Notes under the pieces: generated by a model
Databases searched by the model: none
Told to the model about the DNA's origin: nothing
Seen by the model: only the letters and a program-made list of their open reading frames with translations
Translations under genes and position numbers: made by a program
Shown: positions 51,624-64,000 of the stretch, piece by piece
How the letters are laid out: the number at the start of each line of letters is the position of its first letter
How positions within the stretch are numbered: the stretch's first letter is position 1
Source of the DNA: Styela clava
Taxonomy: Eukaryota
DNA length: 64,000 nucleotides
Direction: 5' to 3'
Assembly: GCF_964204865.1 (NCBI RefSeq)
Contig: NC_135256.1
Location: 13,268,001-13,332,000, forward strand

Positions 51624-51827
51624 GCTAATAATACATGGTGACCCATGTTCAAACTCTTTAAATGTTTCAAATAGGAAAAGTATGGCACCAGTATGAATAC
51701 AAATGAGGGAATACCAGTGATAAGAAAAGATAATTAAAATTATGTTTCAATTTTAATTGCATACTTGCATCATATGCTATTGATCTTACGTTTACTATAC
51801 GAGACATCGCATTGGCCAAAAACAAAC

Positions 51828-52781
51828 TCAGCTTAACTTGATTAATCCATAATCAATAAGCTTTTGCACTTTATCTGTCATATTAGGATTATTAATCAAT
51901 TTTCTTATTGAATCAGATTCATTTGTATCAGATAATATCTCTGCAATGTCTGTGTTTTCTTTTGCCCTACTATGTAACAGATTCGATGTGTTGCGAGCTT
52001 CATAGTCTTTATTTAAGCATCTGTGATATGCTTCTGTTACTTCTTTTACATTTGGATCAAGTTCAAGTGCTTTTTGATATGCATCCATAGCTTTGTCATA
52101 TTCACATAATGATTCTAAAGCCGCTCCTTTATAAATGTAACCTTTCACAAGACTGGCATCCTTTTTAACACATTCCTCACAATCTTCCACAGCTTTATCA
52201 TATTGAAGCAATGTCATATGAACTGCAGCTTTTGTCAAATATGTTTTGGCATCATCGGGATTACGTTTGATTGCTTCTGTGAAATGATTCAGAGCCTTTT
52301 CAAAATTTTTAGCTGCAAATTCATCACAGCCCTTTGAATATTCTTCTTGAGCAAGTTCAGGGTTGATGTATGCCAGTCTTTCCACTTCTTCTATTTCTTT
52401 TTCACATTGGACTAACTTCTCCATAACATCCGAGGATTTATTTTTTGATAAAGATATAGCAAAGAAGTGCTTGGCCTCAGAATGATTTTTTTCTTTCATA
52501 TAAGAACTTCCAATACGGCCATATGCTTTGGCAATTAGTGCTATGTCTGCACCATGGTTTTGTCCCACATCCACAGCTTTCAAGCAATTTTCTCTGCACT
52601 TTTCAAGCTCGCCTTGTTCATAATACACTGCAGCTTTATTTGTGAAAAATATAGCATTTGTCGCATCAAGTATGATAGCTCTATCATAGCATTCCAGAGC
52701 TTTTTTAAAGGCCCTTTTCTTATAGAATGAATTGCCCATATCCTTTTCTGCTATGGCAAGATCTGCATCATTATCTGCCAT
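51828..52781 (-). CDS. STIP1/Hop-like co-chaperone, TPR2A-TPR2B-partial DP2 only (317 aa, single coding exon)
   Basis: EKDMGNSFYKK, IAKAYGRIG, ERLAYINPELA, TEAIKRNPDDAK and KVQKLIDYGLI align to the C-terminal ~320 aa of STIP1; ATG at 52781 follows an acceptor at 52804-52803. Confidence 0.88.
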   Translation of the reverse strand: MADNDADLAIAEKDMGNSFYKKRAFKKALECYDRAIILDATNAIFFTNKAAVYYEQGELEKCRENCLKAVDVGQNHGADIALIAKAYGRIGSSYMKEKNHSEAKHFFAISLSKNKSSDVMEKLVQCEKEIEEVERLAYINPELAQEEYSKGCDEFAAKNFEKALNHFTEAIKRNPDDAKTYLTKAAVHMTLLQYDKAVEDCEECVKKDASLVKGYIYKGAALESLCEYDKAMDAYQKALELDPNVKEVTEAYHRCLNKDYEARNTSNLLHSRAKENTDIAEILSDTNESDSIRKLINNPNMTDKVQKLIDYGLIKLS

Positions 52782-53964
52782 GATTATCTTATAGAAATGT
52801 GACTGAAACACCAATGCCGTTATCACAAATTAATGAAAAGCCAATAGTACATTTGTGTATCTAAAATATTACTACACAAACTTAAAGGAAGAGTATTATA
52901 AATGTAACCATGGAAACTGTGGTAAGAATAAACTGGTTGCTGATTTGTTGTTAAGCTACCAACTCAGCAACACAACTGAAAATATTTGGTTTTTCTCGTA
53001 TGTTATTCTGAGTCATACACACCTTGTAACAATGCATTGGGCGGAGCGCAAACACACCTGTAGCAAAGCATGAAGCATAAACTTTTGACATTTACTATAG
53101 CAATAGCCGCAATCTTTACACAATGCTTGAATGCCTATATCAGTATAGGCTATAGGAAACACACGAGAAACACTATTTTTCAACACGAAATACAAATTGT
53201 ATATTGCTGACGGACCAAATAAGTTAATAGTTTGGCTAAAAATATTTTAGCCAATCTAGAAAATTTATTTTTCCAAGTTATAATATTGAATTTCAAGCCT
53301 GAACTGCGATCTTTATATGAAGTAACGTTACCCTACTTCTCAGTAAATTGCATTAGCAGTGCCGTATATTCTAACTCTGCAAATAGACTTAATTATACGT
53401 CAAAAATTGGGAAAAATTTGATTTAATACCTAAAAAAATCTAAATTTAAATGAATACAAGAATAGCAGTAGCAAGATTGAAACAAATATCTCTGCTGCTT
53501 TTAAATTTGTAGATACTGACAAAACCCAGTTATCCTGAATTTTGAATACTTCCAACTATTTAAAGATATTTTTTCTTGGGTTAGATTAATGGAGAAAAAA
53601 TACATAACTTTAAACAGGTCTACACTCTCAGACTGCACAATTCATAAATGCAGAAATGTCTGAATGTAGCTTAGCTAGATTGTATTATCAAGATATGTAC
53701 CGTACCGGTAGGACTAAATAATACTGTTTTTTGAAAGTTCTAGCCTAATCAACTAAAACTTGATTCCCTTGTGAGCCTGACGATCGCCGGGAAATCCACG
53801 TTGGTCATGTGATAGACAAAGCAAGACGTCAATGCTCAAATATGATAACACTACGATTCTATGACTAGCGCCGGTTGCGCAAAACGACCAGGACAAACGT
53901 GACGCCGGCGGGTGCTGCTGCGCTTGACGAAACAAGAGCGCAACGCACAAATGTAGACTTAAGA

Positions 53965-54250
53965 ACAGCATAAAAGCTATGCTCAAATATATGGACACGT
54001 TTACCGATTTCAAGAAAAGCAACAACATTTAGCATCAGTTACCGTATAGCCTAACAATGAATGCAAGCTCCGCTTTTACGAGACAGTCACGAGTTAGTTC
54101 AGTGTCATCGCGCTACGTTACGGTACCGGAACTGCACTATCTTTAGAGGTTCCTGTCTTGTGACAGCGAACACAAGTTAGGACATGCATTGGTAACGTCA
54201 TAAGCGCTTGTGTGACGTCACACCCGCCATTTTAGGTCCAGAGTTCTACC
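53965..54250 (-). mobile_element. HINE family A fragment
   Basis: GCTATGCTCAAATATATGGACACG end; 54088-54168 matches internal sequence 15625-15703 of the third array unit. Confidence 0.65.
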
Positions 54251-56836
54251 GCTATATGAACCTAACCGTGATTATATCCCTCTTCGGGGCCCTTTATCTT
54301 TTACCAGTGGGAAAAATCTGATATTTGGTGAAAGCAATACGTTTAGGTCATATATGATAAATTTTTGAAAATTTTCGACACTCCGACTCCCTGGGGGGAT
54401 TTACTGGATGTTGCACTAGTGCAATTTCTGCCCGGAAAAGACTAATTCCAAGATATCACATGTATGATGTTCAATCTGCAATACTTTGTAACATGACCAG
54501 AATATGTACTACGATGGTGGAAAATATTAATGGGAGTGTCAAACTTATTTCATGGCTCAATTCAAAACTTCAATTATGAATAAAAGGCGCATTAAAATGT
54601 AAACAAATGTTAATATAGATCATGTTTTTGCACTCTATGTAGTTTCGCAAATCAAAATATTTAGAAAATGCATATGAGTTGTCTCTTGACACTTTCGTTT
54701 ACCTATTTCTCTGAAATTATCCTGAAACTTTGAATTTCCATATATATTAAAATGCAAGAATATAGAAAATCTAGATTTAACATCGAAATAATTTTGCATT
54801 TACCTGCTGTTACGTATTTCATCGGAGAAAGACTTTTTAGCGTGAAAGTCATTTTGATTACGCTACGCTGCGAAAAATTAGAAACCAAGTTTTTTGGTAG
54901 CAGAAAAATCTTTGGCAATTTGTGTGTTTATTTACATTTTTACGATTTCGATATTTTTTGGACTGTATGTGTTCTCTTTCTACTTCAGACTTTCGTTTGA
55001 ATTTATCGACCGACCCTGCCCCCACTCTGGAAGACACTATAAAAAAAACACTGCCATCGGTAGTTTTCTGCAGCATTTGTGTTCAGACAAATTCCGTTTT
55101 TGTGTATACATTTATTGTTTTGCTCCATATTTAGTTTAGATTGGTTTATGAGTAGATTGCAATATGTTTATGGTGTTGTCAAAAATTCGGAGCAAGAGAA
55201 AAAACTGTGCTCCCTCGAACGTTGAATTAGGTTCTGTTTGTCTGGGTGAACGGCGCCGCCCTCGGACTTTCAAAACACGACTAAGTTCCAACTTTGGATT
55301 TGTTTTTAGATTGCTATTGTCTGTCCATATAAATTCCAACAGTCAAAATGCTGAAATGGTCTGATTTTTTAGGCTCGAAATCTTAGCTACATAAATATCG
55401 TTCTAGAAATTACGTGTTTCATCAAGATCAGCCTCATCATATTCATAATTGTAAGTCTCAATTGCCTCTTTATCTGAAAGTGTGGCATTAGAAATACGCG
55501 TTAATTCAACGCAATTTCTGCAAATATTTTACCCGTCGGCATATTTACAATCGTTCTGCTAGATCGCTGAAAATACAAAATCTAAATCAATCTGAGACAC
55601 TTCTCTATTATTTCAACCCCGTATTTATGGCTAAAATACTTGGATTTTATTTGGTTTCAATCTGAAACATATCACTCGTGCATACTTTATTTCACGCTTT
55701 CTGAATCTTCTGTTTACAACAAAATTATCGGAAGCCAAATTTTCCCCTACTCGGCAAATTCTCATAATACTGCATTCTAATAAACCTGATTGTACCTTAT
55801 ATGACATAGGAAACTCATAATCTACGTTATCTTCTCAATAAGCCAACATAAATGACAAAACTAAACAGACGAATATTAGCTAATTTAACAACCAAAATCC
55901 ACTTCTGAGGGAAGATGTTGCACCTATGCTACACCAATTTTAAACCACGCCCTCGTAAAACCACATAAATCGTTCGAGGTTGCAATCAGTTTGTAAATCT
56001 TGTGTATACACTATTTTTTTGCCCCGTGCAGAGATTTGACGAATTTGGTGTACAAGAATTGGAATAGTTGCTTAAAATATGACCATGGTTCACCAGCCCA
56101 ACACGACCACCGGAGACAGCCTCTTGCAAGAGACGCTTGCAGCGTCATCAGGCGGCGGCAATGCAAAAGAGCAGTAGTGCATCGAACCAACTAGGTACCA
56201 CAGTAATACGCTGAGTAGAAAAAAGCATTCTACGGCAGAAATGTGGGTGATAGCTAGTTTACAATATGTTGTTGCATACGTGTTACAGCTCGCAAACTCG
56301 CCCTGTTCATTGATGACTGATCGAAATATTTGCTGGAGGACGTGTAGAATTTGATAAAAGTGAACAAATAATTGTGAAAATGAAGATACAGTCTGTCCTG
56401 CAAATGACCAAGATGATGTGACAACTTCCTTGACGAAAGTCTGGAATCCACAGGTAAAGCAGCAATATCTGTTCACAGTGCAACTGAGAAACACAAGGCT
56501 CTGCTCAAGAAATTAATCAAACCAATCTATAAATAACTTTGTCAAGAATCAATGATTATACAAGGGCTATCTCAATACATGCAAGCATTTTCAAATCAAT
56601 TAGGAGCAAATACCTACTAAACAATGTAACTGAATGTCACGATGTAACAACACTATTTGAAAAAGTATTCAAAAAATTCACAAGAATTAGAGCAAATGTT
56701 TACGCAAAGTACTGCAGCCAAAATATTAACAACAAGATGGACAATAGGACTCATGGAATACGAAAACAATTGAAGAAACACAGCAGCTAAAACGAAGATT
56801 ATGATAGCCTATATATGTGATTACAGTCAAGTTTCG

Positions 56837-57071
56837 GTACCCCTGAAGTATGCGTACCAAGAAAGGAGGACACCGGAACGCTCGTACTATGTGTACTACG
56901 TTAGGGTTAGGCCATAATTTTATTCCAATTTTCTTTATTTAGTTCCATTACAAGTTCAGGAACTAACCAAGTGAGTTTTGTAGTATTTGTACCTAAAATT
57001 ATGGCCTAACCTGGTACACATACTATATGTTCCGTTGTCCGTCATCTTGGTACACATATTTCTGAAGTACC
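56837..57071. mobile_element. Palindromic MITE
   Basis: GGTAC...AAGTATGCGTACCAAGA...GGTTAGGCCATAATTTTA inverted to TAAAATTATGGCCTAACC...TCTTGGTACACATATTT...GTACC; fragments at ~60220-60280 and ~60937-60970. Confidence 0.8.
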
Positions 57072-57602
57072 CAAGTTTGTTTCTCAATAATCGATAGAAA
57101 TACAAATTATTATTATAATTACTAATGTGATTTAACACTGAATATCGAGTTATGTTAATAGTGGTATTGATGTTTTTTAAGGCTTTGTGAGTGGTTTTTA
57201 GCTGGGGTAAAGGCAATTTAGGTTCTATCACGTGGACATTGCTACATATTTCTTTTTCTTTGCTGCTTTTCAATCAACTGGAGCACCGATGGATTCTCAG
57301 CCCCGCGACCTGCAAAATATGCATCTTTTAAACTGAAAATCTTTTGGCGATTCATTCAATATTTAGGGTGAGGCCCCACGGCAGGGGTCGGTAACCTTTT
57401 GTCGTTCACGGGCTATAATTAAGGGGTGCAAGTCATTGGTGGGCCGCACATATTATTAGAAAGTTGAAAACTGAACGGATGATACTCTTTATAAAAAAAA
57501 TCGAGCAGTGATACATTTCTCGAAAAGAATATAGATTCATTAGGAATACGCACGCCCCCGGACATCTGATACCCCTACATGGGTTCGCAGGTTCGGATCC
57601 CA

Positions 57603-59044
57603 TGTTCCTTAGAAATTTAGTAACAAATATTGCCTTGTTCCCACTTCCAAAAGCTGCACGTTTTACAGAAAAAACGCATTTACTACAATAAATATGTGTT
57701 ACCATCTGTTCTATTTTCTCTTCTTTTCCGGTATCATGGGCCAATGGACGCAGACTTCTGCATGACGTAACAATCAAATTAGTCAGCTGTAGGTGGATCC
57801 CCAGTGGTCGGATGAATATCAGATGTACTACTACTGCTCGCTTTTGCGTTGAGTAGCCTTTCCATAGTTTTTTTTTTTTAGTTATTATTAGTTCAGCTAT
57901 TCTAAGGAGGTGTTGAAAAGTATAAGTAAGTTGTTAAACACTTGTATATCCTTACCATAAATAGCAATTTTAGTTGAGTACTAGCTCATAAGGCGTTGTT
58001 AAATAGGTACGGTAACTCCAAGGAAGGCTAGACCTAGAATAATATGTCACAAACATTGATATTTTCTAGCTTGCATGAAATGTTTATGATTAATTTAATG
58101 ACTCTTCTTGACTATTCAGCAACTTATACTACTATATAGGCCACAGCATAATTGGAAATTAATGGCTGTTTCTGTAATGCACGGTTGTGTGAAAGAGAAG
58201 AAAATAATCAATTTTACTAATGTCGGTTGGTCTAAATCTAAATTCATAGAGTCGACAAGAACCTGGGAAGCAATGATAAGTTATGCCGGAGTGGAAAGAA
58301 AGTAGCATTGGACACGATTGAGAGGTGAGAAATCAAGTTGTAGACAGACAGTTGATGTTTAAAAATATAGTCTATAGTCCATACTCATACCGTCATAGGG
58401 CATTTCGAGGTCACTCGCGACTTCTGTCACACAATTAAAGTATTTTTTGTTGTATTTTTTGTTACATTTGTGTTAGTGTGCTGTAGGGCTCTCGAATGGC
58501 ATAGTTCCTATGTATGTATTGTAAACTTATGGTAATTGAATTTCCGGGAACCTCTTATATTCAATTTCGCATCAGGATTGTGGAACAAGCTGTAATGCGT
58601 TCAGTATAGCCTATTCATTTCCACACAAAACTGAAGAATTTATTTAGTTACCAGATGTTCGCTACGAAACTCATTTTCTGGGCGTTTTCAAGGCTTCGTC
58701 TCACGGCCCATATCCGTGGTAAGAATCTACAAGTGTTTAATAACTTACTTATACATTTTTCATCAACGTCTTAGCATAACTTAACTAATAATAACTAAAC
58801 AGCGCTATGGAAAGGCTGCCCAACTCAACGCAAGATCGAGCAGTAATAACTAATATTCATCCGCTCGCTAACAGCTGATTCAATTGTTACGTCATGCAGA
58901 AGTCATTGTTCATTGCCGAAAATGTAGAGAATATAGGACAGATCGCAGCACATATTTCTTGTAGTAAAAGCGTCTTTTCCGTAAAACGTGCAACTTTTGG
59001 AAGTGGGAAGAAGGCAATATTCGTTACTAAATTTTTAGGGAACA
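57603..59044. mobile_element. Long-TIR (foldback-like) element, arms ~57603-57960 and ~58714-59044
   Basis: ~350-bp inverted arms, e.g. AATATTGCCTTGTTCCCACTTCCAAAAG vs CTTTTGGAAGTGGGAAGAAGGCAATATT. Confidence 0.8.
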
Positions 59045-59133
59045 TTTTAAAATCATTTTCAGGTAGTTACCTGATGTGCCCTACGAAACTCACTTTCTAG
59101 GCGTTTTTCAGGGCCTCGGCTCGCGGCCTATAT

Positions 59134-59867
59134 ATGATGAGTTATCAATGCACTATAGAAATCCTAATAGTAGGATATATATTGATATTAGGACAAAATG
59201 TATTTATAATGTCAATTTTGGCACTGAATTCTTGGCAGAGTGTGATGGCTACAGCAGAAAGATGTTTGTCCATGCTTGAAGAAGCCCTTGATCAAGTTAA
59301 AAAGCGACTTCCTGGATCAAGAAATTTCTGAGTATTGTTGAAGAACAACAGTAGCCTACAGGAAATTGTCTTTTATCGATTGGAAAGAAGAAAAACAATT
59401 TAAAGAAACTGAGCTACCCCGGGACACAGAGCAGTTTATGAAGACTCCACAATTTGAAGAACTTGTTACATTTGTACTTACTTGCCTCGTAAAACTATTA
59501 GCAATGCCGTTGTGGAGAGGGTGTTCACTTTATCAACTTGCATAAAAACTAAAGCAAGAAATAGACTTCAATTGTGTCTGTTAGAGGTAGTCATCAGAAT
59601 TAGAGCAGGACTCCTATCTTGCAACAAGAGCCGCAGGGAATTTGTTCTTTTAACTAAAATGTTGAATAGATTCAATGCTGACTTGTTATATTGTACGAAA
59701 TTCTCCATTGAATCTGTCAGCAATGAAAAGGGGAAAACATTTTAAAATATTTTATTTGATAATTTTACAGTTTCTTCATAAAGTTGGTGCTTAGTAAAAT
59801 GTTTGGTTTTTTCTGGCTTTTTTGTTTTTTGACATGGCTTTTTTCATCGCTGGAATCTGGCAACCCA
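59134..59867 (+). pseudogene. Decayed hAT transposase C-terminus and 3' end
   Basis: SNAVVERVFTL...IKTKARNRL resembles the hAT dimerisation motif; followed by TGGCTTTTT repeats and a CTGGCAACCC terminus. Confidence 0.75.
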
Positions 59868-61835
59868 AATGCGGAACCTTTTCATTGAATGACATTTTCT
59901 TCAGAAACTTTAGATCATAGCAATTTGATGGATCAATCAATAACCGATTTGGAGTTTCTGTAATCTAATGTACACGATTACATTTTGTGGTCATTTGGAG
60001 CATAGCCACGCCCAGCGGCGTAGCCAGGGGGGTGGTTTAGTGGGTCGACCCCCCCCCCCCCCCCTTTTGAAATGTAAAAAAATACAATCATTTTTTTGTA
60101 GCTTGAAATGCTTTTTAGACCCCCAACACTGCTAAAAACATGTGTATTCCAGCGTTCGATCGGACGCGCTAGCAGTTTCGATTTAACTTGGCACCAAAAT
60201 GGCGCACTACCTGAACAATAACCTGTTACACATACTATGTTCAGCTTGTACGCCATCTTGGTTCACGTACTTCTGGATTATCCAAACGGCAGTATTTATG
60301 ACACTTAACGCATTTAAATATATTTAAAAAAAATAATCATATCAATATGGCAAATTTATTATGATTGCTGGAGAAGTGTATGCAAATAGTTGAATATTCG
60401 CGGAAGGAAAATATCAAGTGATAACGTGTTTGCTATGGAGCTTAAAGATTGGGATAGGTTATTCTGGAAGAGAAATTTTATTCCTTGGGATTTTGTTCCG
60501 AAACCTCACAAGTGAGTAAAATACCGATTGGCGGATTAAGCGACATTGCCCTATAACATTACACGACCCCCTAAGTTTATGAGTATATTCTTTATAATTG
60601 CATGCTTTTACATTCCAGATAAACTTGTAGTAAAAGAGTCGGGGGTTTCCGATATTTCGTGTGGTAAAATAATGTAGAAGCTGCGTCAATTTTGTTGAGT
60701 TTTAAAGTATATATAGCGTTTTGTGGAAAGTTTACACAAGTTCTAAATATTCGATATATGTATACTGACTGATATGTAGGTTTGTTATGTATGAGGATAT
60801 TTACAATGAACCGTGTGTTGACGGGTTCTCAGTTTTTTATTTCATTCAAAATAGTGTCGTATATGGCCGTCATTGCATATGAAATATTGTTGAACCATAA
60901 TAGGTCGGTGAGTTGCGCAATTTGTGAGTTTCTTAGATCAAGATGGCGTTCTATTACATGATGGTACACATAAAATTGAGCATCGGTAATGCTGTGTGAT
61001 GTACTTCCTATTAGCTTAATAGTATTGGATCAACAACTTGAAAATACATTTTATATTTAGCGTGAATGTGGTTTAAAAACGAGCGACTTCAGGATTCATA
61101 ATTTGCCTCGTGTTATATCGGTACCTCAATAGTTTACCTTAATGTTGTATCTGAACCCTGCGTTTGTCAATACATTTATCTTTTGAATGTCTTGTTTTGT
61201 AAACATGGTTTGGGTGCGTTGCAATTTCGTGACTAGATTTAGTCCTTGCGGTCGTCTTTCTCGGCGACATCCTATTGTGATCGATTCCAAGTATGCACAC
61301 TTTACGACTGAATTTATGGTTCTTTAGTATTTCATTTAAGCCTCCACGAGATTTGTGAATTATCTTTTTGTAGAATGCGGCGATATTAATTGCTGTTGAC
61401 AAATTAACAAGTGATAGATATAAGTAGCTTTGGAAACTATTAGCTTTATAATGAGCTACACATCAAATTGACTGACGGTTGTCTACGATTCATAATCTGT
61501 CCATAATGTCAGACAATAATCTACTGCTCAAGTTTAACTTTGCACTTCAAAGCAAACTACACTTACAACAACCGATATCAACCGTCCTTAATACCATTCA
61601 AAGGTCTCGAAATTTTGTTTTTGACCACAACAAAGTATGTTGTTGGTTAGTTACCCAACTTTATATCTGTCGATCCAAAGATTTTGAAGTATCATATATA
61701 TCTTCAGAATTTTTGACGCTTACCATTTACATGAAGTCGACTTAGTTTTATACTTATGAATTTTTAAAAACCGCTCCAGCGAATTCGATCGCAGTTGGAA
61801 AATGACCTTTGATGACGTAGTACTGTGAACTCATT

Positions 61836-62217
61836 ACTTATCGATCCCGGTCGGTAAGTATGTTGATAGGTATTTATCTGTCCGTTTGTCTGTTAGACAC
61901 TTTCGTATGTTACGCGATATCTCACGAAAGTGACGTTGAATCTGCTCCAAATTTTGCATGTACATTCATCATATCTCGGCTATTGATTTTGGTTGAATTA
62001 TGTCGTATAATTAGCGAGTTATTAATTAATTAGTGATGGGACACGCGGTGTCGCTATTGAGTCAGAGGGAGGGAATCGAAACCGCAGTTACTGTTTTGGG
62101 GATCCCCTAACTTCCGTCGCTGCAAACGATTGTGTGCGTAACAATGCCCTGTCTGCGATGTGGAGCGTTTACATGCGGGGGATCGATAAGTCGGCGGTCT
62201 CCGATCGCTGTCTAGTT
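61836..62217 (+). mobile_element. HINE/DINE-1-like element, family B, second copy
   Basis: Same subterminal IRs and body as 23426-23741, with extra internal sequence. Confidence 0.8.
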
Positions 62218-63023
62218 TCAGAACTTGCCTCCCTCACGCATTCGCGAGTATGGTGTTTGAATTTTGTTTGCCGAAATTTTGTTTTGCAATTGCCGAAACA
62301 ATTTTGATACCAATGTTCATGCTATTTTGGGATACTTAAAGCAGCATTCTATGCGTTTTACCTTTTAATGAAGAGGTGCAAAGGAACTGATGATCAGAGG
62401 ATTATATAAATTTTGTTTGTGGGAGGGACCGTGAATGATTACATTCATAACATAAGTTAACTGATCACCTTGTGGATTTTGAAACCAAAGTTTTTTTTAA
62501 ATCCCAATGATTCACTTGAACACTGAAGTACGTGCCATTTTTCGTGTGGGTACTCCCAAGCCTACTCGTTATGGAATGATAGTTCAAAAACCTTCCAAAT
62601 AACGACATGGAACCTTGTAATCCTATCTACTGCAGCGTCAGTCTGTTAAATGTTGTTCTAAAAGCATAAATAACAATCCGACTGTCAAAAATATCACCAA
62701 CGAAAGATGTTTTTGGCGTCAAAAAAACAAGATAGATGCTGAAAATACCCTTTTTATAAGTGTATAGAATCTGCTATTTTATGTATTAGCAAACGAATAA
62801 ATGAAATGTGCTCCGACGCACGATATTTTAATGAATATCGCCATTATTTAGTTCGTCCGCCTCGTGGGCACAAAACAGGGGCCATAAACAGTCCTCAATA
62901 CAGAACTGTTGATCATTGATTATAAATATCATTTGGTTGAAAAATCTGAAGTATAATTGCAATTGCTGAAACGAGTGCGTATGTGGACACCGCAGCCTTG
63001 GATATTTTGGGAATGCTATAAAG

Positions 63024-63900
63024 CAGCGGTTCCCAACCTTTCTACCCTGGCGGACCGGTAAAATTAGATTAAATGTACTCGCGGACCGGCAAAAATTGAA
63101 ATGCCCGTAACAGAAAAGAATAACATATATTTGCGTATTATAATGCAATGTCGGGCACTCAATATGCTTCTAGACAAAAAAGCACACTTTAAAACATTTC
63201 ACACGAAGAATAACTATCAAATAATGTGCCGACCAAAAATTACAAATGAGTGAAACATAAAATAATACCATATATTTGCGTAATGAAATGCAGTGCTGGG
63301 CACCCATTATGCGTGAGAAAGGCACGCATTAAATTCTCACATTAAAATAATGCACAATTAACTTCTGTGAAAATTTTGCTGCTGTTTCGTTTCCAATACA
63401 AGATTGCGAACGAGGCAAAGAAGTTTTTGCAACACGTAGCTCTGCAGCCGCGTGCAGCCGATTTCCCTGCCTCGTTTTAATCAAAGTGAGGTTTTAATTG
63501 AATCGAGTGATGAGAATGTTTTTTCGCATACCGCAGTAACTGGCTGAAAAGACGGACCACAGTTTGATTGCTCGATTACTTGGCGATGGGTATTCGTTAT
63601 CAAGAGATATCTAAAATTGTGATAAGTAATTCTTTTTCAATCTGAACTGTAAAGAAGAATCACAATTTTAATCAAGCCTTTTCTTTTTCATTGGGTTCAT
63701 AATATTAATCCCTCTGCAGTTAATCGACGTCTCAAACGGAATGAATTTGCATTACAATGACAAAGTCGTCGATAACTTGGCGACAAGCTCAAAATCCTAC
63801 TGTGTCTGGAAAAGATCTCTGCGGCTCATGCTTTTTTTGCGTGTATCGCGTGACCACCTGTGGGGTCGCAACAAGTTCATATCTTACTGGATTAATATAC
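63024..63900 (-). mobile_element. Decayed Buster/Charlie-type hAT element
   Basis: End CAGCGGTTCCCAACC at 63024; broken minus-strand frames read F*ISLDNEYP...CEKTFSSL...IKTRQGNRL...ELRVA, the Buster-like C-terminus. Inner boundary approximate. Confidence 0.7.
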
Positions 63901-64000
63901 TGTTCTTGACTGTTTTCTAGTTTAAACAAGGAGATATCCATTACGTTTCATATGAATGGTCATATTAATCAGGAAAAGCACGCAGAACAGAAAAGGCACG

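Noticed and set aside
56000-56790. Degenerate transposase-like coding remnant
   Set aside because: Looks formerly coding (KFTRIRANVYAK...) but I cannot assign a family without a search.

Overview
AT-rich animal genomic DNA with GT-AG introns, not prokaryotic. Gene compactness, an operon-like gene junction and the 7TM family type suggest an ascidian/tunicate (inference). Protein genes: FIP1L1 (+), USPL1 (-), a 4-exon type II membrane C1q-domain gene (+), a 990-aa LRR protein with a dual-acylation motif and a C-terminal RRM-like domain (+), a 6-exon sigma-1 receptor/ERG2-like gene assembled by hand and missed by the ORF track (+), CFAP300/C11orf70 (-, 7 coding exons), an orphan multi-TM gene with one nonsense codon (-), ATP6V1F (-) and a truncated STIP1/Hop paralog (-). 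Intergenic and intronic DNA is dense with non-autonomous hAT and MULE-type elements, Helentron-type (HINE/DINE-1-like) elements, tRNA-derived SINEs and decayed hAT transposases. Most notable: (1) the sigma-1-like protein has lost the Y103/D126/E172 ligand-binding residues; (2) the Hop paralog keeps only the Hsp90 clamp and abuts ATP6V1F in what looks like a zero-spacer trans-spliced operon; (3) the lipid-anchored LRR-RRM architecture; (4) two 22-24-bp palindromes, each with its own 7-bp target duplication, just 5' of CFAP300. All homology calls come from recalled family motifs compared by eye; no database search was run.
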